Positions 19,274-28,690 of a stretch of DNA of 64,000 bases are shown here, piece by piece. Source of the stretch: a virus; the IMG/VR virus record IMGVR_UViG_3300042447_000691; one strand, 5' to 3'. Within the stretch, counting starts at the first letter, position 1. Each line of letters begins with the position of its first letter. The notes beneath the pieces were generated by a model. That model was not told the DNA's origin and searched no databases. It saw nothing but the letters and a program-made list of their open reading frames with translations. The position numbers and the translations under genes are program-made.

Positions 19274-19319
19274 AATATTTTTCTTATATTTGTGATATTT
19301 ATTAATAAAAACTATAATT

Positions 19320-20702
19320 ATGGCAATTAGATTTACAAGTATATTAAGAGACCTTATCGTTGAAGGTTCAAGACAAGACGCGTTTATTCAAAATTATATT
19401 AAACCTAAAAAGGGAGAAAAAAAAGGTAAATTACCTTTTCAAGTGATGGTCAAAATTATTGCCGCTGATCCAACAACAAAGAATCTGGAAGGGATTGATC
19501 TTGAAAATATCACACAAGAAGACTTTAATAAAATCCATATTGGTAAGTACTCTAAGTGGATGATTGAAAATTATATTAAGACTTATGTTAATATGAGTGG
19601 AACTATGGAACCTGATAGTCCGGAAACGAAACGATCTATCGAACGAGCCCAATCACTTTTTATGGAGGACTTATATAAAATTACTGGTGACTTAATGAAG
19701 TTTGAACGATTTAAAAATAGATTACCACAAGAGGTGAGAGATATTAATAAATTGACACCTGAAACTCTTTATGATCAAGTAAAAAACTTTTCATTAGAAA
19801 AAACTAGAGCGACTAAAGATGAGAAAAAAGAAGCGTCTAAAACTTACGAACATCCTGGTGGTGAGGTAGTTTATCGTGGTAGTGAATGGACTGTTGTTAG
19901 AATTTCAGATCAAGGAGAATTAGGTAAAAACGCGGCTTGTTTCTATGGTGGACAACATAAGGATGTACAAAATGGTGAAACAAGATGGTGTACGTCGTCT
20001 CCAGGTCTTACATACTTCAACACATACATTAAACAAGGACCTTTATATGTTTTAATACCTAACTCACCAAGACCATTCACAGGTTCAATGGATATTGGAT
20101 TGGAATCAGGACTTCCAGCATATAGATTACAATTCCATTTCCCATCTAATCAATATATGACACCTGACGATAGAAATATCAATTTGGTTGAGTTTTTAAA
20201 TGAAAACGAACCAGGACTTAAAGAGTTCTTTAAACCTGAGTTTGCTAAAGGACTTGCTAGTCAATCTTTAGTTAGTCAAGACAATTTGGTGTCAATTACA
20301 TATCCAGATAGTAGTGCGGCATCTAAGTTTATCGCTCTTTATGGGTTTGATGATCTTTATACTATGTTACCTAAAAATATTAGAAGATTGAGTTTTAATA
20401 ATGTAGGGAAAGAAGTGTTTAATTTACCAATTCCTGACGATATTGGTGATTATACGTCGTTAATTGGTTTACACTTATCTAATTGTGTGACTAACCTACC
20501 TGATAGTGTTTGTAAGATAAAAAATTTAAAGTTCTTATCTATAACGGATAATCCGAACCTTCAAAGTATACCTGAATGTTTGGCTGATGCACCACATTTA
20601 ACAATTCTTAATTTGAAGAATAGTAGAACGGAAGGTGTTGTACCAGAATCGTTAAAACAAAGAAATGATACTGATGATCATTTTCATCTTTATCTGAATT
20701 AA
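19320..20702 (+). CDS. Hypothetical protein with C-terminal leucine-rich repeats
   Basis: TRWCTS motif; LRR-like LIGLHLSNC.TNLPDSVCKIKNLKFLSITDN.NLQSIPE. Confidence 0.65.
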   Translation: MAIRFTSILRDLIVEGSRQDAFIQNYIKPKKGEKKGKLPFQVMVKIIAADPTTKNLEGIDLENITQEDFNKIHIGKYSKWMIENYIKTYVNMSGTMEPDSPETKRSIERAQSLFMEDLYKITGDLMKFERFKNRLPQEVRDINKLTPETLYDQVKNFSLEKTRATKDEKKEASKTYEHPGGEVVYRGSEWTVVRISDQGELGKNAACFYGGQHKDVQNGETRWCTSSPGLTYFNTYIKQGPLYVLIPNSPRPFTGSMDIGLESGLPAYRLQFHFPSNQYMTPDDRNINLVEFLNENEPGLKEFFKPEFAKGLASQSLVSQDNLVSITYPDSSAASKFIALYGFDDLYTMLPKNIRRLSFNNVGKEVFNLPIPDDIGDYTSLIGLHLSNCVTNLPDSVCKIKNLKFLSITDNPNLQSIPECLADAPHLTILNLKNSRTEGVVPESLKQRNDTDDHFHLYLN

Positions 20703-20759
20703 AAAAGGGTAAAAATCAAAAAAATTTCTTATCTTTGATTAATGTAAAAAAATTAAATT

Positions 20760-21041
20760 ATGGGTAACTTAGATATTGAAATTTATATGACGAACTTTAA
20801 GGGGTTTTTTGATAAAAACCCCGAACAGTTAAAAAAACTCATTGGTGATATAAACCCTGATAAGTTTTTTGGAGGGGTAAGAAAAATTGTTGAATCAAAT
20901 TCTACAGAAGATGAAACACCTTTAGAACCAACAAGAAAACAACTCATATCTTTAATTTTAGAACTAAACGGTACAAGTACCAATGTTGATAAAGTAATCC
21001 CATATATGGAGCACCATATGGGATTAATATGTATGAATTAG
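20760..21041 (+). CDS. Hypothetical protein
   Basis: ORF after a TATCTTTG element. Confidence 0.55.
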   Translation: MGNLDIEIYMTNFKGFFDKNPEQLKKLIGDINPDKFFGGVRKIVESNSTEDETPLEPTRKQLISLILELNGTSTNVDKVIPYMEHHMGLICMN

Positions 21042-21062
21042 TAACCTTATAATATTATTTTT

Positions 21063-22730
21063 ATGTCTGAAATGACAAGCTTATTTAAAGCACAAGAGGT
21101 AACATATAGAACCGAAGTTTTTGAAAATTTTAATCAAATTGAAAAACATAAAGACGATTTAGAAGATATTTTTGGAGAAATGTCACCTGTTCCATATAGG
21201 GTTCAAGGGTCTTTTAAAACAAAATTTAAATCATCCGATGAGAATGTTTTTTTAGAAAACTACGGGAACCAATTTGCTGAATTACATATGAAAAGAAAGA
21301 CTTTAGTAGTCGAAGAAAACGAAAATAAAATCGCATTAAAATTTTTTATTTATAATAATTGTAGAGACGTATCCAAAAGGTTTTTTAAAGTTAGAAAAGA
21401 AATACACTATCTTACATTTAATATTAAAAGAAAAACATTTTATTCTGGAGAACTTAGACTTAAAAAAAAGAAAAAAATTGGGTCTAAAATGGTTATAAAT
21501 AAAACAGATTTAAATGGTATATCCGTTTATAATCAAATGATGTATTTTCATTATAACCTTAATGATTCTGATAATTTAAAATTTAAAAACGAAGTTATAA
21601 ATATATTTCTAAATAGAGTTGCAGAAAGAATGGAGGTTAAATTTGATAAGGAAGGTTTATCACCAGAAGACAAACTTTACCAACTACACTTAAAATTTTC
21701 AATCATTAAATATCCGGATGCGTTTTCAAAATTCAAAACTTTTTACACACCTAAAAAAGAAATCAGACAACACGATAATAATTTAGTTACTTGGTTTATG
21801 AATAAACACAATCTTAAAGGAACTAAAATTAGAGAAATTTTAAATAGGTATAATAATATTGATATGAATGGTCTTATTATTTTTTACAATTTATTTGGAA
21901 TTGATTTGTTTAACACAATACATAACGATTGTTTTTTAAATATGAATCCTAATAATTTTGTTGGGTATTATGGGTCGTTAATCGAAGATATTAGTAAAAA
22001 AGAAAAAGAAAACATTGCTAAAATTTTAAATACCACGGATTCTGAAACATTATTAAACTCCTTGAATGACCACATACAATATAAAACAACATTAAAACGA
22101 TATGGTGAACACGTTAAAATTACAGCAACAAACTATGATGATTACGTAAAAGAACACTCGGAGTGGTCAACTCTAGTACAATCTTATCGTTCAGGTACTG
22201 TGAAAAGATTTTATGGTGACGAGGCGTATTTGATTGAAAAACCGATTGTTAGTAATGGTGATATATATTACCCAGTATTATTAAAAACAACTGAACAGTA
22301 TGAAAACGAGTCTATGGTTCAGAGTAATTGTGTTAGGACTTATAGTGAGAAACCCTATTGTTTTATAATCTCATTAAGAAAGGGTAGTATTGATAGCGAT
22401 GTTAGAGCTAGTATTGAGTTTAGATACTCAGATGACGACATCAGAATTGTTCAAAAATTAGGTAAATATAATAAAGGGTTAGATCAAGAGTGGACCTCAC
22501 CAATACACGACTTAGAATTGTTTGGTAAGTTTCTTTACGATAAAGGCATGATTAAATTACCTACAATGGTAAAGAAATACCCAAACGGTAAATCATCTAA
22601 AGAGGTTGCAATATTTAAAAACGAAGATAATATACATAATATGTACCCCGTATGGGAAAACCAAAATACTGTTAGTGACTATTTACTAGGTGAGTTAGAC
22701 AATTATAATCTATTTGATGAACTCTTTTAA
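21063..22730 (+). CDS. PcfJ-like domain protein
   Basis: C-terminal YENESMVQSNCVRTY...ASIEF matches the PcfJ E..M.HCV..Y pattern. Confidence 0.55.
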   Translation: MSEMTSLFKAQEVTYRTEVFENFNQIEKHKDDLEDIFGEMSPVPYRVQGSFKTKFKSSDENVFLENYGNQFAELHMKRKTLVVEENENKIALKFFIYNNCRDVSKRFFKVRKEIHYLTFNIKRKTFYSGELRLKKKKKIGSKMVINKTDLNGISVYNQMMYFHYNLNDSDNLKFKNEVINIFLNRVAERMEVKFDKEGLSPEDKLYQLHLKFSIIKYPDAFSKFKTFYTPKKEIRQHDNNLVTWFMNKHNLKGTKIREILNRYNNIDMNGLIIFYNLFGIDLFNTIHNDCFLNMNPNNFVGYYGSLIEDISKKEKENIAKILNTTDSETLLNSLNDHIQYKTTLKRYGEHVKITATNYDDYVKEHSEWSTLVQSYRSGTVKRFYGDEAYLIEKPIVSNGDIYYPVLLKTTEQYENESMVQSNCVRTYSEKPYCFIISLRKGSIDSDVRASIEFRYSDDDIRIVQKLGKYNKGLDQEWTSPIHDLELFGKFLYDKGMIKLPTMVKKYPNGKSSKEVAIFKNEDNIHNMYPVWENQNTVSDYLLGELDNYNLFDELF

Positions 22731-22732
22731 TT

Positions 22733-23086
22733 ATGGAAGAAAGAAAAGAATTTAAAATACCTGAACACATTATTGATATTTTTAAAAAAAAATATGAGTT
22801 GTATCCTTGTTTTATAAAAACCAGAAATGTTGTTGAAGGTGGTATTGATGTCCTAACAAAAAAAAACAAAATAGTTTGGTTTGATAAAATTTTTGATGGT
22901 AAAAATACACACATAAAAGGGGCTTTAATTGACTATAGTGTGAGTAATAAAATTATGATTTATGTTAAAGCAAAAGAGAGTGAGAAGGTATATGAATTAG
23001 TGATACTATCGAGCGATGAAAGTGGTGTCAGTGTTGATTTGTTATTGAAAGGTTTAAATAAATATTATACAATAGATTTTATATGA
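22733..23086 (+). CDS. Hypothetical protein
   Basis: 117-aa ORF. Confidence 0.55.
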   Translation: MEERKEFKIPEHIIDIFKKKYELYPCFIKTRNVVEGGIDVLTKKNKIVWFDKIFDGKNTHIKGALIDYSVSNKIMIYVKAKESEKVYELVILSSDESGVSVDLLLKGLNKYYTIDFI

Positions 23087-23367
23087 AAGTTGCAGTTGTT
23101 TACACTATGAAAGGTTGTCCGTTTTGTAGTATGATTAAAGAAGAATTAGAAAAGGAAAATGTGTCATTTTTAGAGAGAGACATTTACGAATATGAGGAAG
23201 AATACGACGAGTTTTCAAAAGTCACCGAAAATGAGTATGTTCCAGCACTTATGTTATTAACTTTAGATGATGAGGATAACCCAACTAACGTAAAACTTTT
23301 AGCCCCCGATAGAGATTTTAACGATATCTATGAGGGCGTAGAGATTGTAAAACAGTATTTGTTATAA
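23083..23367 (+). CDS. Glutaredoxin-like protein
   Basis: VYTMKGCPFC active site and a VP motif. Confidence 0.8.
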   Translation: MKVAVVYTMKGCPFCSMIKEELEKENVSFLERDIYEYEEEYDEFSKVTENEYVPALMLLTLDDEDNPTNVKLLAPDRDFNDIYEGVEIVKQYLL

Positions 23368-24252
23368 TAAAACCATTTCACTAACCACATCAAGTTTTTC
23401 CCACAACAATCGATCACTCGGAGATAGAACCTCAACAGACGAATCGTAGTTAGAAATATCAAAACTATTAGACAAGTCTTTATGATTGAAAGGGAACACA
23501 TCCAATATAAGCGACCTCAACCAATTGGTTCTAACGGTGTGGTTGTCGTTCAATATCTCAAATTCAGAGTTTAGATTATCTATTTCACACGGCCTGTATT
23601 TACTATATAGTTTCATGTTTAACTCTTTTGAAATCCCTAATGAGAATACATTATATGTGATATAACGTAATAATATATGGTATAATTTTTCAGTATCGTT
23701 TGATAAACCATAATAACGATCTGAAACATAAGTTTCCTGACTAAGGTCTGTTTTTATAATTTTGTAATTAGGGAATTTATTAAAAATGATTTCTTTAACC
23801 TTCTCTACGTTAGAATCCAAACAATCAAAATATAGATAGTTATTTGTTTTCTCCAATTTAATGTTAAAGTATAGTTTATCTTTAACGTGAGAATTAACAA
23901 ATTCTTGAATATCTAACTTTTCTTTTTCGTATAATTTATCTGAATGATACTCAATATCCATATTTCTATTGTCAAATGAGGTGTTATAATTAATCACATC
24001 AATCACTCGAATGATGTTAAGTAAATCTTCATCATCGTAATTTTTTAAAAATTCTATTAAAATATTAGTTAAGTTTAAAACAACATCAGATGTTGTTCTA
24101 CCACGTACAATAAAAAAATTCCTAATGTTTACTACTGTTATTTCAGTATTCGCATTAGGAAATGTTTTATTTATTTCATTCACAATAAGACTTGCAAAAA
24201 TATTACATAGATTTTTACCATCTAAGAAGTTGTAAACCTCAATCGTTCCCAT
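23362..24252 (-). CDS. Hypothetical protein with weak MetK N-terminal-domain resemblance
   Basis: GKNLCNIFASLIVNEI...EITVVN...IVRGRTTS loosely echoes the MetK N-terminus; catalytic motifs are absent. Confidence 0.4.
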   Translation of the reverse strand: MGTIEVYNFLDGKNLCNIFASLIVNEINKTFPNANTEITVVNIRNFFIVRGRTTSDVVLNLTNILIEFLKNYDDEDLLNIIRVIDVINYNTSFDNRNMDIEYHSDKLYEKEKLDIQEFVNSHVKDKLYFNIKLEKTNNYLYFDCLDSNVEKVKEIIFNKFPNYKIIKTDLSQETYVSDRYYGLSNDTEKLYHILLRYITYNVFSLGISKELNMKLYSKYRPCEIDNLNSEFEILNDNHTVRTNWLRSLILDVFPFNHKDLSNSFDISNYDSSVEVLSPSDRLLWEKLDVVSEMVLL

Positions 24253-24316
24253 ATTAATTTATTTATTTTTTATTTTAATTAATCTTAAATAAAATAAAAT
24301 ATAGGTTAAATAGTTT

Positions 24317-24451
24317 TTATTTTTTGTTATAATATTTTTCTACAACTTTTTGCACACCATTTTTAACTGACTCGGTTTGTTGAGCCTGTTGAGTTTGTAC
24401 GGTCTGTACTTGTTGTTGACCATTGTTTTTGTTTTTACATCCACACGACAT
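24317..24451 (-). CDS. Small Gln-rich protein (MSCGCK...)
   Basis: Not in the ORF track; clean 44-aa ORF. Confidence 0.5.
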   Translation of the reverse strand: MSCGCKNKNNGQQQVQTVQTQQAQQTESVKNGVQKVVEKYYNKK

Positions 24452-24537
24452 AGTTATAATTTTTAATTAGTTTATTATATATATAAATATTTATAATTTA
24501 CGATTATTCATTTGTAAATATAAAGTATTTATAAAAT

Positions 24538-25707
24538 ATGAGAAAAACAATATTAAGAATATTAAAAGAAGAAACGGAAGAATGGGTTGATATCAGTCCT
24601 AATGAGTTTTCTGAACTACTAAGGGATGTTGGTGGTGATAGTAATCGTATAAAAAACATTTCAGAATACAGAGGTAAAAAGATTAAAATTACTGGTGATT
24701 TAAATCTTTCAGATAGAAAAGACATTGAAAATATAGATAGTATTGATTATGTGGAAGGTAAGTTAGATATATCAAACTCAAGCGTAAAATATTTTGATAA
24801 AAATAAAGTTAAAGGTTATTTCTCATATTACAATAGTGAAATGCAAAAAGAGGAAAAAAGGAAAGAACTTGAAGGTCGTCTTGAACAACTAACTGAACTT
24901 AGAAATAACGGTGCGTGGGACATTGAAAACGATGACATTATTTCAAACGAAACCGAAGCGTTGTTTAATCATCTGATGAGTGAAGGTGACGTTGAGAAAG
25001 GTGAGGATAAATATTATATTTTTCCGTCATATAGAAGTACATATGGTGGATATTATATTTGGTTGGGTAACAACGCTTTTGAGCAAGAATATTTTGTCTG
25101 TGATAATGATAAGATTGATGATGCTGCTAAAGAATCTTTACAGAATATTGTTGATGACTTAGGGTATGAAGCATTTAGACCCCAACTATGGGAAAACTTT
25201 GTGGATGAAAATGAAGCGAGGAAATGGTTATATGATGAGTTTAATGGTATGATATGGGATAGCCCTGAAGATTATGGGGTTAGTAGATCACAATCCAATG
25301 AACAAATGAAATACAATGAGGTATATAGAAAATCCATATCAAATTTAGAAAATAAATTAAATGCGGAAAATCTAACCGAAGAACAGGAGGATGAGATAAG
25401 AAACCATATTTCTGATTATGAGAGTTTAATAGAACATAATGAAGAAAACCCTGAAGGTGATTACGATGATGATGCGGTTGAGGGAACCATAGAGAGTTTT
25501 GTGGATAATGAAGTGGATGAGTTTCCACAATATTTAAAAAATCATGGTTTCGATTCTAAATATATTTTAGATTTTATAGATATGGACTCTTTGTTTGATT
25601 ATTTAATTCGTAGTGATGGTTACGGACAAATTTTAAACATATACGACGGTAGAGATGATGAATATAAGGTAAATGGTAGTTGGTATCACGTAATGAGAGA
25701 AAATTAA
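24538..25707 (+). CDS. Hypothetical acidic protein
   Basis: 389 aa; MRKTILRILKEE leader; follows a TATTTAT motif. Confidence 0.65.
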   Translation: MRKTILRILKEETEEWVDISPNEFSELLRDVGGDSNRIKNISEYRGKKIKITGDLNLSDRKDIENIDSIDYVEGKLDISNSSVKYFDKNKVKGYFSYYNSEMQKEEKRKELEGRLEQLTELRNNGAWDIENDDIISNETEALFNHLMSEGDVEKGEDKYYIFPSYRSTYGGYYIWLGNNAFEQEYFVCDNDKIDDAAKESLQNIVDDLGYEAFRPQLWENFVDENEARKWLYDEFNGMIWDSPEDYGVSRSQSNEQMKYNEVYRKSISNLENKLNAENLTEEQEDEIRNHISDYESLIEHNEENPEGDYDDDAVEGTIESFVDNEVDEFPQYLKNHGFDSKYILDFIDMDSLFDYLIRSDGYGQILNIYDGRDDEYKVNGSWYHVMREN

Positions 25708-25745
25708 TAATTTACACCTACAAAATATTTTACTACATTTTATTA

Positions 25746-26495
25746 ATGAAAACTGATTGGTTATTTCAAGAACCCATAGATTTAGAGCACAAACAATATG
25801 TGCTTTTAGATTATCTACAAAAGTTAGATAAAAATCTAAATAATTTAAAATTATATCCCCAATTCCAAGAGATATCGTTACACCTGGCTAGTATTAATCT
25901 TTTAATTGAAAAAGGTCAATATTTAACAATGAACAGAACGTTAAAGGATCCCGATGATGAGATATTAATATCTGACTTAATACCGGTTGATTGCCCACTC
26001 CTTACAAAAGAAGAGATACTTGAAATTTATCATATCTGTAAATATACAACCGATAAATTAAAAGACTACTTCAACCACGCAAAGGCGATATGGGACATCG
26101 TTAACGATGCGGTATCAATAGATCCGATACAAAACTCAAAAAATATTGACCCCAAACAAGGGCTTTTCTTTTTAGATTATAAAGATAAAACCTACCTATA
26201 TGAGTTTATGGTTAAATTAATTAAAAAGGGTAATTTAGAAACAAAATGTCACATAAAAAAAATATGTGAATGTCCTAAAGGAGATTTTAATGAAAAATTA
26301 AAAGAAGTAAAAAGACCACTTATCAAAGATCTAAAAGACGATAATATTCATAGTAAGTTAATTGTTTTTAGGGTTAAACACAACAACAATTACCCCCTTA
26401 AAGAAACTTTGCTTCCTATCGCAAAAAGAAAAATAATGAATTATATGATTCAATCAAAAATTATTAGACATAAAAATTTGACTAATATATCTTAG
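25746..26495 (+). CDS. Hypothetical protein
   Basis: ORF from MKTDWLFQEPID. Confidence 0.6.
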   Translation: MKTDWLFQEPIDLEHKQYVLLDYLQKLDKNLNNLKLYPQFQEISLHLASINLLIEKGQYLTMNRTLKDPDDEILISDLIPVDCPLLTKEEILEIYHICKYTTDKLKDYFNHAKAIWDIVNDAVSIDPIQNSKNIDPKQGLFFLDYKDKTYLYEFMVKLIKKGNLETKCHIKKICECPKGDFNEKLKEVKRPLIKDLKDDNIHSKLIVFRVKHNNNYPLKETLLPIAKRKIMNYMIQSKIIRHKNLTNIS

Positions 26496-26521
26496 TTTTT
26501 TATTATTAAAATAAAAAAGTC

Positions 26522-26716
26522 ATGGTAGTAAAACAAAGATCATTAAACGAGTTAAGACAAGAAAAAGAGTTTGGATACAAACATTCAGACAATCAAAAGA
26601 AAAAAATTAATGTTGACCCACAACACATAATCAATTTGGTTAGAAAATACCCAAATGATATGGATCTTGGAAAAAAAGTAAGAGGTTATTTATTGGAATT
26701 AGGGATTTATGAGTAA
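26522..26716 (+). CDS. Hypothetical protein
   Basis: Short ORF in operon. Confidence 0.5.
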   Translation: MVVKQRSLNELRQEKEFGYKHSDNQKKKINVDPQHIINLVRKYPNDMDLGKKVRGYLLELGIYE

Positions 26717-26930
26717 GGAACAAGTAAACCATCCAGAACATTATGGAGGATCTGAGAACGTATATGAAGCAATAAAGGTGATTGATGCGTGGGATTTAGG
26801 TTTCTCACTAGGTAATACGGTAAAGTACATCTCAAGGGCAGGTAAAAAAGATCCAGAGAAAGAAATCGAAGATTTAAAGAAGGCAAAATTTTATTTGGAT
26901 CATCACATTAAAACATTGGAGAATAAATGA
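26709..26930 (+). CDS. DUF3310-family protein
   Basis: VNHPEHY...FSLGNTVKYISRAGKK...EDLKKAKFYL. Confidence 0.85.
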   Translation: MSKEQVNHPEHYGGSENVYEAIKVIDAWDLGFSLGNTVKYISRAGKKDPEKEIEDLKKAKFYLDHHIKTLENK

Positions 26931-27139
26931 AGATGAAATTAACTGAAGAACAAAAAAGTAATATTCGTGATTTATATGAGGGATTAAAAAGTGATGAACA
27001 AACACTTGGAGAAACACTAGATATTATTGTGGATTTTTGTCTTGATGAAGGAATTGCTAATTTATCGGATGATCAAGATGAAGACCTAATCGAAGAATTT
27101 TCAAATGAGGTGTGGGATTATTTAGAAACTATAACGTAA
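26927..27139 (+). CDS. Hypothetical acidic protein
   Basis: Coupled ORF. Confidence 0.5.
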   Translation: MKMKLTEEQKSNIRDLYEGLKSDEQTLGETLDIIVDFCLDEGIANLSDDQDEDLIEEFSNEVWDYLETIT

Positions 27140-27153
27140 TTAATAAAAAAATA

Positions 27154-27804
27154 ATGAGATATCTATATTTTTGTCTAATATTATTTTTGACATCCTGTAT
27201 TGAAATAATTGAAGACCTAAAGTTTAATTTGGATGGATCAGGCACCTTTAAATATGTTATAAATCTTAGTGGTAGTAAAACCAAAGTAACATCCATACTC
27301 GCTTTAGATAGTTTACACGGAGAAAAGGTACCAAAGGTATCAGACATTAGAACTAAGATCGGAGAGTTTAAAAGAACCTTACAAGAGCAAGAAGGTATTA
27401 GTAACGTATTAATAACGGAAGACTATACCAACTTTATCATTAAATTTCAGTGTGATTTTAAAAGTGTTGAGGATTTAGAACAAGCACTAAAAAACTCAAT
27501 TAAAAAACTATACCAAAACAACTATTACGAATATGATTGGGTTTCTTTTAAAGGTAAGGTATTAACAAGAAAAACACCTATTTTTTATTTAGATGATATT
27601 AGGAAGTTTGGTGATAAGGATATTGATAAACTAAAGACCGGAACCTATACTTCAGTGACTAGGTTTCCAACTAAAATAGATACGTTTGAGAATAAAAATT
27701 CGTTAAGATCAAAAAGTAATATGGCTTTAATGATTAAAACAACACCTGATCTACTTTTAAATGACCAAACCATATTAAACAATAAAATAATATTAAAAAA
27801 ATGA
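27154..27804 (+). CDS. Putative lipoprotein
   Basis: MRYLYFCLILFLTSC lipobox-type signal. Confidence 0.6.
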   Translation: MRYLYFCLILFLTSCIEIIEDLKFNLDGSGTFKYVINLSGSKTKVTSILALDSLHGEKVPKVSDIRTKIGEFKRTLQEQEGISNVLITEDYTNFIIKFQCDFKSVEDLEQALKNSIKKLYQNNYYEYDWVSFKGKVLTRKTPIFYLDDIRKFGDKDIDKLKTGTYTSVTRFPTKIDTFENKNSLRSKSNMALMIKTTPDLLLNDQTILNNKIILKK

Positions 27805-28652
27805 TAGAAACAGGAAAAATAATAAATGGGGATTGTATTGAGGTAATGAAAACCTTACCGGAAGGGTCTGTGGACTTAATTTGCACATCGCCGCCATATG
27901 GCGTGGGTATTGCTTATGACACACACGATGATGATGTGGAGTTTGAAGACTACCTTGTGTTTGCAAGAAATTGGTTAACTGAATCGTATAACGTATTGAA
28001 AGATGATGGGAGAATTGCGTTAAACATACCCTATGAAATCAATAGACAAAAGAAAGGAGGGAGAATTTTCTTTGTTTCAGAGATGTATCAAATAATGAAA
28101 GAAATTGGTTTTGGATTCTTTGGTATTGTTGATTTGGAAGAACAATCACCACATAGAAGTAAAACCACAGCATGGGGATCTTGGATGAGTCCATCCAGCC
28201 CGTATATCTATAACCCGAAAGAGTGTGTTATTTTGGCCTACAAAAAACTACACATTAAAAAGGTGAAAGGAGAACCACAATGGAAAGGGGTTCCTACTGA
28301 CATAGAACAAGAAGATGGGACATTTAAGAAAAAAGTAGTATACGAGGAACAAGACAAGAAAGAATTTATGGAGTTAGTCTTTGGCCAGTGGAACTATTTT
28401 GCAGATACAAAGAGTTTAACTAAGGCTACTTTTTCTATGGACATACCAACGAAAGCAATAAAAATATTATCCTACAAGAATGATATAATTTTGGATCCAT
28501 TCGCTGGTAGCGGAACTAGTTTAGTCGCTGCGGAAATCTTGGGTCGTAGATGGATCGGAATAGAACTATCACCAAACTACACTGAAGTGGCAAAAACAAG
28601 GGTGGAGTATTTTAAAACACTACAAGAAGTATCGGAAGAAAACCAACAGTAA
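27801..28652 (+). CDS. Beta-class (N4-C/N6-A) DNA methyltransferase
   Basis: TSPPY precedes ILDPFAGSGT (beta motif order). Confidence 0.88.
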   Translation: MIETGKIINGDCIEVMKTLPEGSVDLICTSPPYGVGIAYDTHDDDVEFEDYLVFARNWLTESYNVLKDDGRIALNIPYEINRQKKGGRIFFVSEMYQIMKEIGFGFFGIVDLEEQSPHRSKTTAWGSWMSPSSPYIYNPKECVILAYKKLHIKKVKGEPQWKGVPTDIEQEDGTFKKKVVYEEQDKKEFMELVFGQWNYFADTKSLTKATFSMDIPTKAIKILSYKNDIILDPFAGSGTSLVAAEILGRRWIGIELSPNYTEVAKTRVEYFKTLQEVSEENQQ

Positions 28653-28690
28653 AATGTTGGTTTTTTAGTTTTATGTAGTATTTATTTATT

